Of a stretch of 64,000 bases of DNA, positions 31,562-40,854 are shown piece after piece. The position numbers were made by a program, and so were the translations under genes. Origin of the DNA: an uncultured Bdellovibrio sp. (lineage in GTDB: Bacteria; Bdellovibrionota; Bdellovibrionia; Bdellovibrionales; Bdellovibrionaceae). The notes below the pieces were generated by a model. It searched no databases. It was given only the letters and a program-made list of their open reading frames with translations, and had not been told where the DNA came from. Location of the stretch: assembly GCA_963932905.1 (NCBI GenBank), contig CAWVRN010000001.1, forward strand, positions 507,391-571,390, in the 5' to 3' direction. Every line of letters begins with the position of its first letter. Positions within the stretch are counted from its first letter, which is position 1.

Positions 31562-32367
31562 TGATCACCGCTTATTTTTGAGACTTTGTACTTTGATATT
31601 TTTAGCGGAGCAGATTTCAAAATTGGGATATCAAAATAGTTTAATTCTACTGATACAAGATCCGGTAAAAAAGATTTGTGCAATTCATCTACTGAGATAG
31701 TGCCGAGCAAAGGGCTGATTTTTGATATGAATTCTCTAGAAATCTGCCATGGCACGCTTGAAACGGATTCATTAGGTCCATTTTTATTTTTTAACCAACA
31801 AAAACTCGGAATCGACTCTAAAAATGATCGTCGCTGCGAAGTTTCCATTGATTCTGACAGTGCAAAGCCAAAAGATATTCTCTCGGCATCTGAAATCTGA
31901 CAAACCAAACCAAATAGGCTATTTGGCGTTGCCATTTGAAAAAAACGGACTTCACAGTCTTTATTCATATCTAAAAAGCTATTGGGCGAAAGAATTTTAG
32001 ATTTTACTTCACGAAGTGGTATCTCATTCTCTAGATGCTCATTTAAATAAAATCTTTCTAAGGCTTCAAATTTTGCGTGAGATTCAGGGCAATGACTTCC
32101 GCCAGAAACCGCTAGTCCGATGGAATCAACACTTTTTGAGACACAAATGATTCTCTCAATACATTCAGCCACTGATTTTTCAAAGGCAATTTCACGATTA
32201 TCGTCAACGCCGCAACCCTCGATTTCAATTCCTTGCCAGGTAATCTTTGTGGAAAAATCAAATAATCCGGGTACAAGTTCGCCTGAACCTTTAAATTCTG
32301 TAAAGGTAGGTGCAAGCACGGATCGATTTAGATAAAGCCATGTGGCTAACGGAGTTTTATGCGCCAT
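31558..32367 (-). CDS. Compact YcaO-like protein
   Basis: GCG..A..KS.AECIER, SIGLAV..AKFEALER, third FG..SFLE motif; 269 aa, no C-terminal PxP. Confidence 0.65.
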   Translation of the reverse strand: MAHKTPLATWLYLNRSVLAPTFTEFKGSGELVPGLFDFSTKITWQGIEIEGCGVDDNREIAFEKSVAECIERIICVSKSVDSIGLAVSGGSHCPESHAKFEALERFYLNEHLENEIPLREVKSKILSPNSFLDMNKDCEVRFFQMATPNSLFGLVCQISDAERISFGFALSESMETSQRRSFLESIPSFCWLKNKNGPNESVSSVPWQISREFISKISPLLGTISVDELHKSFLPDLVSVELNYFDIPILKSAPLKISKYKVSKISGDQ

Positions 32368-33884
32368 AATTGATTATTTGCATAGAGTTCAGATAATTCG
32401 ATCTTCCATGGCTTTCTTACTAACGCTGCATAAGGCAGAGCCATCAATGGTACAACGGTTGGCCTAGTAAGAGCATCAAAATGCAGCTCCTTAAGTTTTT
32501 TGATTCGTTTTTCTTTGTCATCGGTAGCCATATAATGGGCTAGCCATTGCGCGCGATCATGTTTATTCAGACCCAGCACACCAGAATTGAGTGAATATGA
32601 AATAAGTCCTATGTCTTCCATAAAGCCAGTATCAGTGAATCCAATAAAAGCGTGCGGAGTGTCTTCAGGTTGAAGATCATTTTTGAAATCAGGAATATAC
32701 CCAATCAAACTCGCATCCACTTGTGGTAAAAGTTCTTTGATAGGAGTTGCCCATTCCTCGAGAGTGCCTCGGCGGATAATTCCAAGTTGAATTTTTTGAT
32801 TCGGTTCTGTTGTTTCGTTGTCTAATTCCATTTTAAAGCGATTTTGTTGCTCGGCATTTAGCCCACCCTCACTTAGGTTTGGAAAAAATTCAGACCGTTG
32901 CTCAACACCAGCAACTCCATTATATATTTTATTGAATGCGATTTGCATCTTTTTACCGATATAGCGTCGTTCTGCTGAACTAAATTCTTTTTCGCCTTTT
33001 TGGGTAAAAACTAAGACAAGCGTTCTAATTTTCATCGTCACTAGAAGGTCAGTATCTGAATTTTTTTGTGCAAAATTAATTACGTCCTCTGGCTTGGATG
33101 CATCTATTGTCGTAAGGTGATCTACAATCCCATTTGTAAAAGCAGCTAAACTATTAGTTCCAGATTTAAGATCCGTTGGAATAAAAAAGATTTTATTTGC
33201 AACATCGTCTGTTGCAAAATAATGATTTGGATTTTTTAGTAATTGAATTTTTCCATTTCCGTCGTCGCTATCAACTGAATAGGGGCCACTAGTTTCGCTA
33301 TAATTTATGATTTTAAGCGATATAGGATCAGCACTTGATTTTGGAATGATCGCAAAATCAATCGCCCCGAGCATTGGTAACAAAAATGATTTTTTACCTT
33401 TCGCATTTAGGAAAACTGAATTGCCCTCTTGTCTGATCCCAGGACATTCTTCTTCGGTAGATTTAATCACAATTCCTGGGCAGACTATATCTCGAAAATT
33501 TCCATGTGTGTTACCCGAAAGGACTAAAAGCCGTTTAAGAGAAAAAACAACATCAGTAGCGGTAATACTTTTTCCTGAAATAGTTTTAAGACTGTCTCTA
33601 ATAGTGAGTTTAAGTTCGTCACCAATCCATTCGACCTTTTCTGCTACGCCCGGCTCGACAGAGCCACTTGCTGAGATTTCAACAAGTGGCGAGTAAACAT
33701 TTTCCAAAAATATATATTCATAATCAAAATTTATATTAGTTGGCTCGTAGGCTGTTGACTTGAGTCGCACTGGAAATGCGACTCTTAGAGTTTTATTTTG
33801 TTGTTGTACTTTCATAGAAACAGCTCCTCCGAGCATCAGTAAAATAGATAGGACAATAATAGTTTTTATTTTATTTATTGTCAT
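32346..33884 (-). CDS. Orphan family-5 (OppA-like) solute-binding protein
   Basis: YSPLV, PGVAEK, ITATDVVFSL, TSGPY, L.KNPNHY; N-terminal anchor. Confidence 0.85.
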   Translation of the reverse strand: MTINKIKTIIVLSILLMLGGAVSMKVQQQNKTLRVAFPVRLKSTAYEPTNINFDYEYIFLENVYSPLVEISASGSVEPGVAEKVEWIGDELKLTIRDSLKTISGKSITATDVVFSLKRLLVLSGNTHGNFRDIVCPGIVIKSTEEECPGIRQEGNSVFLNAKGKKSFLLPMLGAIDFAIIPKSSADPISLKIINYSETSGPYSVDSDDGNGKIQLLKNPNHYFATDDVANKIFFIPTDLKSGTNSLAAFTNGIVDHLTTIDASKPEDVINFAQKNSDTDLLVTMKIRTLVLVFTQKGEKEFSSAERRYIGKKMQIAFNKIYNGVAGVEQRSEFFPNLSEGGLNAEQQNRFKMELDNETTEPNQKIQLGIIRRGTLEEWATPIKELLPQVDASLIGYIPDFKNDLQPEDTPHAFIGFTDTGFMEDIGLISYSLNSGVLGLNKHDRAQWLAHYMATDDKEKRIKKLKELHFDALTRPTVVPLMALPYAALVRKPWKIELSELYANNQLWRIKLR

Positions 33885-33891
33885 AAAAATT

Positions 33892-34197
33892 TTACTTAGT
33901 TTTAGCTTCAGACGCAGACGCAGCCCCAGGACCACCGCCAAAGCAAACTGTAGTTGGATGCACACCACCCCTTTGAATTTGACCCTCAGCTTCAAGTAAA
34001 CTCAAAATATCTTGATCAAAACTGACACACTGGTTTTCTGAAACACTCAGTGTTTTCGTTTCACCAAGTAGCTTAATCGCCCATGCGATTTGAGTAAGCT
34101 GAAGTGGAGTGAGTTTTTTTGCCTGGGCTTCATCAGCAAAGCTAGATGAGCCGATTCCCAACATTCCTGCAATCATGATTAATAACGTTTTTTTCAT
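33892..34197 (-). CDS. Small secreted protein, candidate signalling/RiPP precursor
   Basis: Sec signal (SFA|D), two Cys, C-terminal GGVHPTTVCFGGGPGAAS; ATGA overlap with activator gene. Confidence 0.65.
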   Translation of the reverse strand: MKKTLLIMIAGMLGIGSSSFADEAQAKKLTPLQLTQIAWAIKLLGETKTLSVSENQCVSFDQDILSLLEAEGQIQRGGVHPTTVCFGGGPGAASASEAKTK

Positions 34198-35585
34198 TCT
34201 TTTTCCCCCTGTAAAAGTTCACGTTTAAGTTCAATTCCATATTTTTTCATTTTTTCTCTGACAGTACTGCGACTGATATTCAGCAATCGTGAAGCTGCTG
34301 AAATCGATCCACTTTCTTCGATAGCTTTTAAAACTATATTTTTCTCATCTGCCATCTGTGTGAATTTTAAGGTTTCCAAATCCACTTTTTTTCTTGAAAC
34401 TAAATTTGGATCTTTTCGATCTTTAAGTAATTCAATTTCAAGATGCGGCCCATTTGAAAGGTTTGTCAAAAATCGAATACCGTGTTCAAGTTCCCTAACA
34501 TTGCCCGGCCAACTGAGTTTTTTAAGTTGATCAACAGATGATTCGAGCAGAATTAGTTCTCGGCCTTGTTCTAAGTTGGCTATTTTTAAAAAATGCTGCG
34601 CCAATATAGGAATATCTTCTGGGCGCTCGCGCAATGGTTTGATGTGAATTGGAAGCACGTTAAGCCTAAAGAACAAGTCTTCACGAAAAAGATTTCGCTC
34701 AATTAGATTTTCTAATGGTGCATTTGTCGCGGCAACAAGTCGAAAATCAACTTTTTTTGTTTCGTTAGAGCCTACAGGCATTATCGTTTTTTCTTGCAAC
34801 ACCCGAAGCAAACTTGCTTGCAAATGTTTTGGTAATTCACCGATCTCATCAAGAAATAGTGTCCCACCATTGGCGGCCTCAAAATATCCAGTTCGATCTT
34901 TCGCAGCACCAGTAAACGATCCTTTTTCATGGCCAAAGAGTTCACTCTCAAAGACACCGGCTGAAATGCTAGCAAGATTGACTGGGATGAATGGTTTATT
35001 TGCTCTTGAAGAGGCACTATGAATAGCTCTGGCAACTTTTTCTTTTCCGGTGCCCATTTCACCACGAATTAGAACTGTGTCATTAGATGGGCCAAATTTT
35101 AGAATAAGACGTGCAACCTCAGCCATAGCCTCGGATACTCCAATCATGCCAATTGATTCAATCAGCTTTTGATTGTCACTGTGACTAGAAATTGAAACAG
35201 GTTTCGTGCGTTTTTCAACTTCACGGCAAGCTCTGTGCAAAATACTTAACAATTTCGCCTCGCCTATATCCTTTTCAATAAAAAATACGGCACCAGACTC
35301 TAACGAGTCATTGTGCGCATCCACAGAGTCATCACCTGAGAGTCCAAGTACGGTAAGATTTGGATTATGTTCTTTTAATTTTTTAATTGTTTCTGGCCCT
35401 TTGACGTCGGGCATATGGTAGTCAATTAACGCAAGTGAAAATGGGATTAGTTTTTGCCTAACAATGGCAATGGCTTCATCGCCGCTTGAAACAGACTTCA
35501 CGAAAAAGCCTTCGTCTTCAAGAAAAGAACCCATGGCTTTTCTAAAAACTGCATCGTCATCGACCAAAAGGATATTGTGCTTCAT
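34194..35585 (-). CDS. NtrC-family sigma54-dependent response regulator
   Basis: REC, GEMGTGKE, ESELFGHEKGSFTGA, LFLDEIG, WPGNVREL, Fis HTH. Confidence 0.95.
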   Translation of the reverse strand: MKHNILLVDDDAVFRKAMGSFLEDEGFFVKSVSSGDEAIAIVRQKLIPFSLALIDYHMPDVKGPETIKKLKEHNPNLTVLGLSGDDSVDAHNDSLESGAVFFIEKDIGEAKLLSILHRACREVEKRTKPVSISSHSDNQKLIESIGMIGVSEAMAEVARLILKFGPSNDTVLIRGEMGTGKEKVARAIHSASSRANKPFIPVNLASISAGVFESELFGHEKGSFTGAAKDRTGYFEAANGGTLFLDEIGELPKHLQASLLRVLQEKTIMPVGSNETKKVDFRLVAATNAPLENLIERNLFREDLFFRLNVLPIHIKPLRERPEDIPILAQHFLKIANLEQGRELILLESSVDQLKKLSWPGNVRELEHGIRFLTNLSNGPHLEIELLKDRKDPNLVSRKKVDLETLKFTQMADEKNIVLKAIEESGSISAASRLLNISRSTVREKMKKYGIELKRELLQGEKE

Positions 35586-35597
35586 TCCGGCGCCCCC

Positions 35598-35696
35598 TCC
35601 GTAAATTCACATAAAACTACTATTACAAATACGGTGCCCAAACATTTTACAGATAATTAAGCATTAGACTTAATGTGATTGATCTGAATTTACGGA
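35598..35696 (-). promoter_or_regulatory. sigma54-like promoter inside a 12-bp inverted repeat overlapping the RBS
   Basis: TGGGCACCGTATTTGTA (minus, 35624-35640); TCCGTAAATTCA 35598-35609 / TGAATTTACGGA 35685-35696. Confidence 0.45.
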
Positions 35697-35781
35697 AGGC
35701 CAAAAATTGGGTAAAAAAATTGAAGAAAGTTCATGGTCAATATGCACCTGGTGTTGTTGAAACAAATTTTCCAATTACAGT

Positions 35782-36060
35782 TTATCCTAACAATATCTCT
35801 AAATCATAAACGGCGTAGTAGGTTGTACCGTTATCGAAAGAAACAATTCTTTCATTCTCTTCTTCAGTTGTAGCATGCTCAGACATCGCTATTTGCCAAG
35901 AAATAGGATTATTTGTTTTAAGTAATTCAACCGTATCAAATTTGCACCAAGCAACTTTGGTAGTTTCGGAATAACATTCCCGAACCATATCGGAAAAAGA
36001 TTCTTCTAAATCGACGAATACTAATTCAGTTTCAAGAATATGTTTGATTATCCATTCTAT
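35782..36060 (-). pseudogene. 5'-truncated paralog of 60289-60735
   Basis: EWIIKHILETEL..DLEESF..PISW..SFDNGTTYY aligns with DWIIEEILQLEL..DLSEAF..PISW..SFDNGSTYY; in-frame TGA just upstream, Cys-rich N-terminus missing. Confidence 0.75.
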
Positions 36061-36221
36061 TCAAAATTTTTCATTGCTGTGATTTTCAGAGACGTCTTTA
36101 TTATTTTAATATGATGATGAGAATTATGTATTTGGTTCAGAAAATGAACCATTTTTCTAAATATTCAATTCATAAACTGATCTAACATTTTTCGATAGTG
36201 TTGATTTAAAGAGATTATCAA

Positions 36222-36884
36222 TCATAAACTTTCTTCGTCACTAACTTTTAGTTCTAGCCCCGAAATCAAAACATCAAATGTTGACTTAGTATCATCACCG
36301 TCGATACTCAGCCAGATTGCGATTGCTTCAATTGGTTTCTGAAATTGAAAATCATAGGCAAATGGACCCGAATGTTTTACTTCAGCAAAAAATTCTTCAT
36401 GAAATAAGTCTGATGCGGGATGTGTTCTGATTTTACCGACCTGCTGAGTGTTCTGCGTGACATTAAAAAAGTGAACGGAGTCAATACCAATTCCATCTTC
36501 AACTTGTTCATACAGATTCTTAACCCATTGAGCAGCAATCATTTTTTTGAAACCTGAAAGTTTCTTTTCGCCCGGAATTACAAACCCCAACCTTAAAGGA
36601 TAATCGTCAAATCCCTTTTCACCTTGCAGAGAGGGATTTGTGATCTTCGGTAGGCCTTTAAATTCGCCGCGGATCTTAAAACCTACAAATTTAGTTTTCG
36701 ATTTTAGAGGAAAGATGAGTGGACCAGCTGAATTTTTGACTTTAACATATAATCCACCGGGTGAGACTGCGGTTTCATTTTTAGGGACGCCAGAAAATTT
36801 TTCAGTTTTCCATTCTGTCAGATTATTTGTGGGAATTACGATAGCCGCAAATAAAAATGACTGGAAGCTCTTGGTCCAATTCAT
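36222..36884 (-). CDS. DUF3047-like exported protein
   Basis: NSAGPL, EKGFDDYPLR, IAIWLSIDGDDT motifs; last gene of ars operon. Confidence 0.6.
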   Translation of the reverse strand: MNWTKSFQSFLFAAIVIPTNNLTEWKTEKFSGVPKNETAVSPGGLYVKVKNSAGPLIFPLKSKTKFVGFKIRGEFKGLPKITNPSLQGEKGFDDYPLRLGFVIPGEKKLSGFKKMIAAQWVKNLYEQVEDGIGIDSVHFFNVTQNTQQVGKIRTHPASDLFHEEFFAEVKHSGPFAYDFQFQKPIEAIAIWLSIDGDDTKSTFDVLISGLELKVSDEESL

Positions 36885-37555
36885 TCAAGCGTCCTTATCC
36901 ACTCAATAAGGTTCATCTGCGGGTGTAGTAAAATATTTTTGTTTGAAGACAAACGCAAAAGATCCTCAACAGTGTCGATGTCGAAATTCTTTTCAATCTT
37001 TTCAATGCCACCAAATTTCTCGAGCGCGGATTCCAACTGCTGAGCGGTTTGAGCCGAGCTGTATTCAACTTGCGTCCAAACGTCTTTTTCTAACGGCTTG
37101 CTTCCTCCAAAAAAATAAAACCCGCCATCAAATGTCTCTCCAATTATGAATTTCTCGTTTCGCCATTTTTTCGTTAGATTGAGTCCATTGAGTAATTCAG
37201 AAGTCGGTATATGGGGCGAGTCTGCCCCCATAAAAGTCACATATTCATACTGATCTATAAGTTTATCGTAAACTGTGTGAAGTCGCTCTCCGAGGCTGCC
37301 TTCTCCTTGAAAAACCGTACCTAAATCCTTCCAGCGATTCGAATCAAGTCCTTGGAGCTCAGCTACCGCCCAGACTAGATCCAGTTGATCTTTCAGCTCG
37401 AATCTCACATGACATGCAAGTGCAGCAGTTGCATCGAGCGCTTGATTATAAAACTGAAGTGCTTTTGCTTTGCCGATACCTTGTGCAAGCCGCGTTTTCA
37501 CTGGCGAGAATTCAGGTGTTTTAACGAAAATAGCAAGAACTCCTTTAGTCCTCAT
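36881..37555 (-). CDS. DUF2064/TIGR04282 CofC-like transferase
   Basis: IFVKTP..VKTRLA, QGEGSLGERL, GADSP, DGGFY, DIDTVEDL. Confidence 0.88.
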   Translation of the reverse strand: MRTKGVLAIFVKTPEFSPVKTRLAQGIGKAKALQFYNQALDATAALACHVRFELKDQLDLVWAVAELQGLDSNRWKDLGTVFQGEGSLGERLHTVYDKLIDQYEYVTFMGADSPHIPTSELLNGLNLTKKWRNEKFIIGETFDGGFYFFGGSKPLEKDVWTQVEYSSAQTAQQLESALEKFGGIEKIEKNFDIDTVEDLLRLSSNKNILLHPQMNLIEWIRTLE

Positions 37556-38250
37556 CGTGACCTGCCATTCCGAATCAGTTTGATCAACTCTGGAAGAGCT
37601 TGACGAAAAGTTAGGACAATATGGCGAGACGTCGTTTGTGACCATCCCCGCAAAGCATATTTCCTAGAGCTGGTCTTCAAACCATTTCCCACGCAATGAA
37701 TAGGAATTCCTTTTTGATGGGCTTTCCAAATGAACAAATGGTCTTCACCGTAAGAAACGACTTCATCAAAACCACCTAAAGTCAAAAAAGTTCTTTTTGA
37801 AAGACAAAATCCCTGATCGCCAAATGGTAGGCGTAAAACTCGGGATCGAATCCATCCTCCGATTTCATTGAGAGACATTAACTTTGAACCATCGTTCAAA
37901 AACCTTAGATTAAAAAATAAAATTTGGCTTGAATATTTCACAATTGCCATCTTCAAATTCTTAATGCCAAGGGTTGATAATCTTGAGTCGCAGTGTAGAA
38001 AAAAGAGGCTTTCATTTTTTGCTTCTTTGGCACCCAGATTAAGTTGCTTAGCTCTGCCAGGGCTTGATTGAATCCAGCGACAAGTGGCGACAATTTTAAA
38101 ACGGGAAACTTCGCTTTCACAATCAGATTTTGTATTGTTCTGAAAAACAAAAATAATTTCATCATCATGATCAAGAGAACGCAAATCAGGGAGAAGACTC
38201 TTCCAAGACTCGTCTTTATTTCCTACTGGAATGATCACTGAAATTTCCAA
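37552..38250 (-). CDS. GT2 glycosyltransferase (TIGR04283-like)
   Basis: ISVIIP, GRAKQLNLGA, FLHCD, PFGDQG, GGF..ED, TSSRKY. Confidence 0.88.
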   Translation of the reverse strand: MEISVIIPVGNKDESWKSLLPDLRSLDHDDEIIFVFQNNTKSDCESEVSRFKIVATCRWIQSSPGRAKQLNLGAKEAKNESLFFLHCDSRLSTLGIKNLKMAIVKYSSQILFFNLRFLNDGSKLMSLNEIGGWIRSRVLRLPFGDQGFCLSKRTFLTLGGFDEVVSYGEDHLFIWKAHQKGIPIHCVGNGLKTSSRKYALRGWSQTTSRHIVLTFRQALPELIKLIRNGRSR

Positions 38251-38252
38251 AA

Positions 38253-39098
38253 TTATTCCTTTAGAAAGGCAAGAATTTGCCTTTGCTCATGAGACAAAAC
38301 AGATTCCTTAGTCATCACTGCAAATTTTAATGCTGAATGACAACTGCATTCAGTGTGATTGCTTTCGTGCTCAACGACTTTCTTTAACAAGGACTGCACT
38401 CGGCTAATGTTTTTTCCATAAAGTTCAATGACTTTTTCTACCGATGCATGTTGGGAGGGATCATCAAGCCAACAATCGTAATCTGTAGCGACAGCGATTG
38501 TGCAATAGCAGATCTGTGCCTCTCGAGCTAAGAAGACTTCAGGAACATTGGTCATTCCCACTAGGTCGCATCCTGCTTGACGTAAAAATAGACTCTCCGC
38601 TCGAGTTCCAAGTCTTGGCCCCTCAACGCATGCGTAAGTTTTCGATTCATGAATGCGGATATCGGTCTGTCGAGAACAATCTTGAATTGTTTTAGACAAA
38701 GTCGCACAGCTCGGCTGCGCTGTCGATATATGGGCTACCAGACCTTGACCAAAAAAGCTTCCAATTCTACGACCTCTAGTCCAATCAAAGTACTGAGAGG
38801 GCATTGCAAGGTCTCCAGGATGGACCTCTTCTCTTAAGCTTCCAACGGCTGAAACACTTATGATTTGTCTGACACCGACCGTTTTTAGAGCCCATATATT
38901 TGCTCTGTAATTAATTTCGGAAGGTAAAATTTGATGATCACTGCCGTGTCTTGGTAAAAAGGCTATTTTAATTCCTGAAAGCTCTCCTATTAGAATATTG
39001 GCAGAAGGCGCACCAAATGGTGTTTCGATACTGCGACTCGAAACATTACTGATTCCATCAATTTTATAGAGTCCTGTGCCGCCAATAATTCCGATCAT
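38253..39098 (-). CDS. mtnP: S-methyl-5'-thioadenosine phosphorylase family
   Basis: IGIIGGTG, LPRHG, NYRANIWAL, EGPR..TRAES, VGMT.VPE..LARE, TDYD. Confidence 0.93.
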   Translation of the reverse strand: MIGIIGGTGLYKIDGISNVSSRSIETPFGAPSANILIGELSGIKIAFLPRHGSDHQILPSEINYRANIWALKTVGVRQIISVSAVGSLREEVHPGDLAMPSQYFDWTRGRRIGSFFGQGLVAHISTAQPSCATLSKTIQDCSRQTDIRIHESKTYACVEGPRLGTRAESLFLRQAGCDLVGMTNVPEVFLAREAQICYCTIAVATDYDCWLDDPSQHASVEKVIELYGKNISRVQSLLKKVVEHESNHTECSCHSALKFAVMTKESVLSHEQRQILAFLKE

Positions 39099-39766
39099 GA
39101 TTTCTCCTTGAGCTGTGATTCGCCAAAAACAAAGGCTTCAATCGAAGCAAAAATGAAAACTGCAAGAATTTGTGCAGCGATGTACCCAGCAATGCTATGA
39201 GGGGCGATACCTGCAAAAGTATTTGTAAAAGATCTGGCAATAGTAACTGCCGGGTTTGCAAATGACGTTGAGGAAGTGAACCAATATGCACCCGTGATAT
39301 AACTTGCAACACCAAGAGCAGTTTTAGAAGGGTTAAACTTCACAAAGCCGACAATAGTAAAGAGAAGCCCGATTGTTGCAATAAATTCGGAGGCCATTTG
39401 AGGCAAACCATTTCGTGCGTGAGTTGATAATTGAAAGATGGGAACTTCAAAAATGAAATGCACGATGATGATTCCAAGAAGACTTCCAATTACTTGAGCC
39501 GCGATGTAAGAAATCCACAACGGAGTTTTAAGATCGCCACGAATTTTAAAATAGGTGCTTACGGCAGGATTAAAATGCGCGCCTGAAATCGGCCCAAATA
39601 TTGATATGAGAATAAAAAGACCGGCACCCGTAGCGATTGCGTTCGCCAACAACGCAATCGCAGCATTACCCGCAGCCAGCTTTTCGCCCATGATACCGGA
39701 ACCAACCACTATAATAATTAAAAACATTGTGCCGATAAACTCTGAAATAACCCGACGCTTTTCCAT
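39095..39766 (-). CDS. MIP aquaporin, arsenic-associated AqpS type
   Basis: SGAHFNPAVS and YWFTSSTSFANPAVT. Confidence 0.9.
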   Translation of the reverse strand: MEKRRVISEFIGTMFLIIIVVGSGIMGEKLAAGNAAIALLANAIATGAGLFILISIFGPISGAHFNPAVSTYFKIRGDLKTPLWISYIAAQVIGSLLGIIIVHFIFEVPIFQLSTHARNGLPQMASEFIATIGLLFTIVGFVKFNPSKTALGVASYITGAYWFTSSTSFANPAVTIARSFTNTFAGIAPHSIAGYIAAQILAVFIFASIEAFVFGESQLKEKS

Positions 39767-39779
39767 ATTGAATGTCCAC

Positions 39780-40829
39780 CTAACAGCATGCGCCCGCGCC
39801 AGCTGGAGAGCTAGCAACAGGAGTGGGACCACAATCGAACAAGCCCATGTGATTTGATTTTTCGCCGACGACTTTAAAGTGATCTTTGTACCAAGTCTTA
39901 GAAATCATATCCGACGTGTTTCCGCATACGAGCATCGGCTTACCAGTTTGAAAGAGGTGGTGGTCATCTAGCATAAATGAATGTGGACGATCCGGAACGG
40001 TTCCCAAGTAATAGGCCACCTGTCCAAAGTCCTCGCACCGGTCTTCTAAATCTAACTTGAAAGCTCTGAAAGTAATTGAAGTAAATTCGATCATTCCGAT
40101 TTTTTTTGTGATTTCCGGATCGTTCAATGAAATCTGGCTGCTTGAAATAACTCGAAAATCATTGCAGCCAATCTTCGCGAGAAGTCTTCGAAAATCTTCC
40201 TTGTAAAGTGCGCCACCAAGGCATTCCCCAAGAAGTGCCGGATCGGTCGCTAGATTTTGTGGAACTCTTCGGCTTGCAAAGACATCACTGAAATAGAGCT
40301 CGCCACCTGGCTTCAATACTCTAAAAATTTCCGAAAAAACCCGCGACTTGTTAGGTGACAGATTAGTCACACAATTTGAAACAACTAGATCTATTGAGTT
40401 TGACTTTACACCTGCTGTTTCAAGATCTTCGATGTATCCTTTTAAGAATTTAACGTTAGACTTTTGATATTTGAATTTCTCGCGGTGGTAATCGATATGT
40501 CTGTTGGCGACAGCTAACTGCTCGTCAGTCATATCAACACCGATAACCTGTCCGAGTTCTCCAACCAACTTAGACAGAATATAAACATCACGACCGGCAC
40601 CACAACCTAGATCAAGAACAGTCCGACCTTGAAGCGAAGGTGGAAATGGGCTGCCACAGCCGTAAAATTTCTCGTTTACCTCGGGGTGAATTTCGGAAAC
40701 AATCTTTCTAACCTCCATAGGCAGAGATTCGGCGGTACAGCACGCGGATGTCATTAGATCCGCGTTTGTTTTTAATACTTTCCCGTAATAATTTTTTACT
40801 GATTCTAAAGTTGAAAATTCATTGCTCAT
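39780..40829 (-). CDS. arsM: Arsenite S-adenosylmethionine methyltransferase
   Basis: TSACC, FYGCG, VLDLGCGAG, GVDMT, VSNCVTNL, LGECLGGA, CED, VCGNT, C-terminal CC. Confidence 0.9.
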   Translation of the reverse strand: MSNEFSTLESVKNYYGKVLKTNADLMTSACCTAESLPMEVRKIVSEIHPEVNEKFYGCGSPFPPSLQGRTVLDLGCGAGRDVYILSKLVGELGQVIGVDMTDEQLAVANRHIDYHREKFKYQKSNVKFLKGYIEDLETAGVKSNSIDLVVSNCVTNLSPNKSRVFSEIFRVLKPGGELYFSDVFASRRVPQNLATDPALLGECLGGALYKEDFRRLLAKIGCNDFRVISSSQISLNDPEITKKIGMIEFTSITFRAFKLDLEDRCEDFGQVAYYLGTVPDRPHSFMLDDHHLFQTGKPMLVCGNTSDMISKTWYKDHFKVVGEKSNHMGLFDCGPTPVASSPAGAGACC

Positions 40830-40854
40830 GTTTTTTCCTTTCAAAAAATATTCG

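Noticed and set aside
33885..33995. Extended N-termini in the ORF track (SBP, arsM, aquaporin, DUF2064, MFS, sigma and others)
   Set aside because: They overlap upstream genes; downstream ATGs with an RBS or stop-start coupling fit better.
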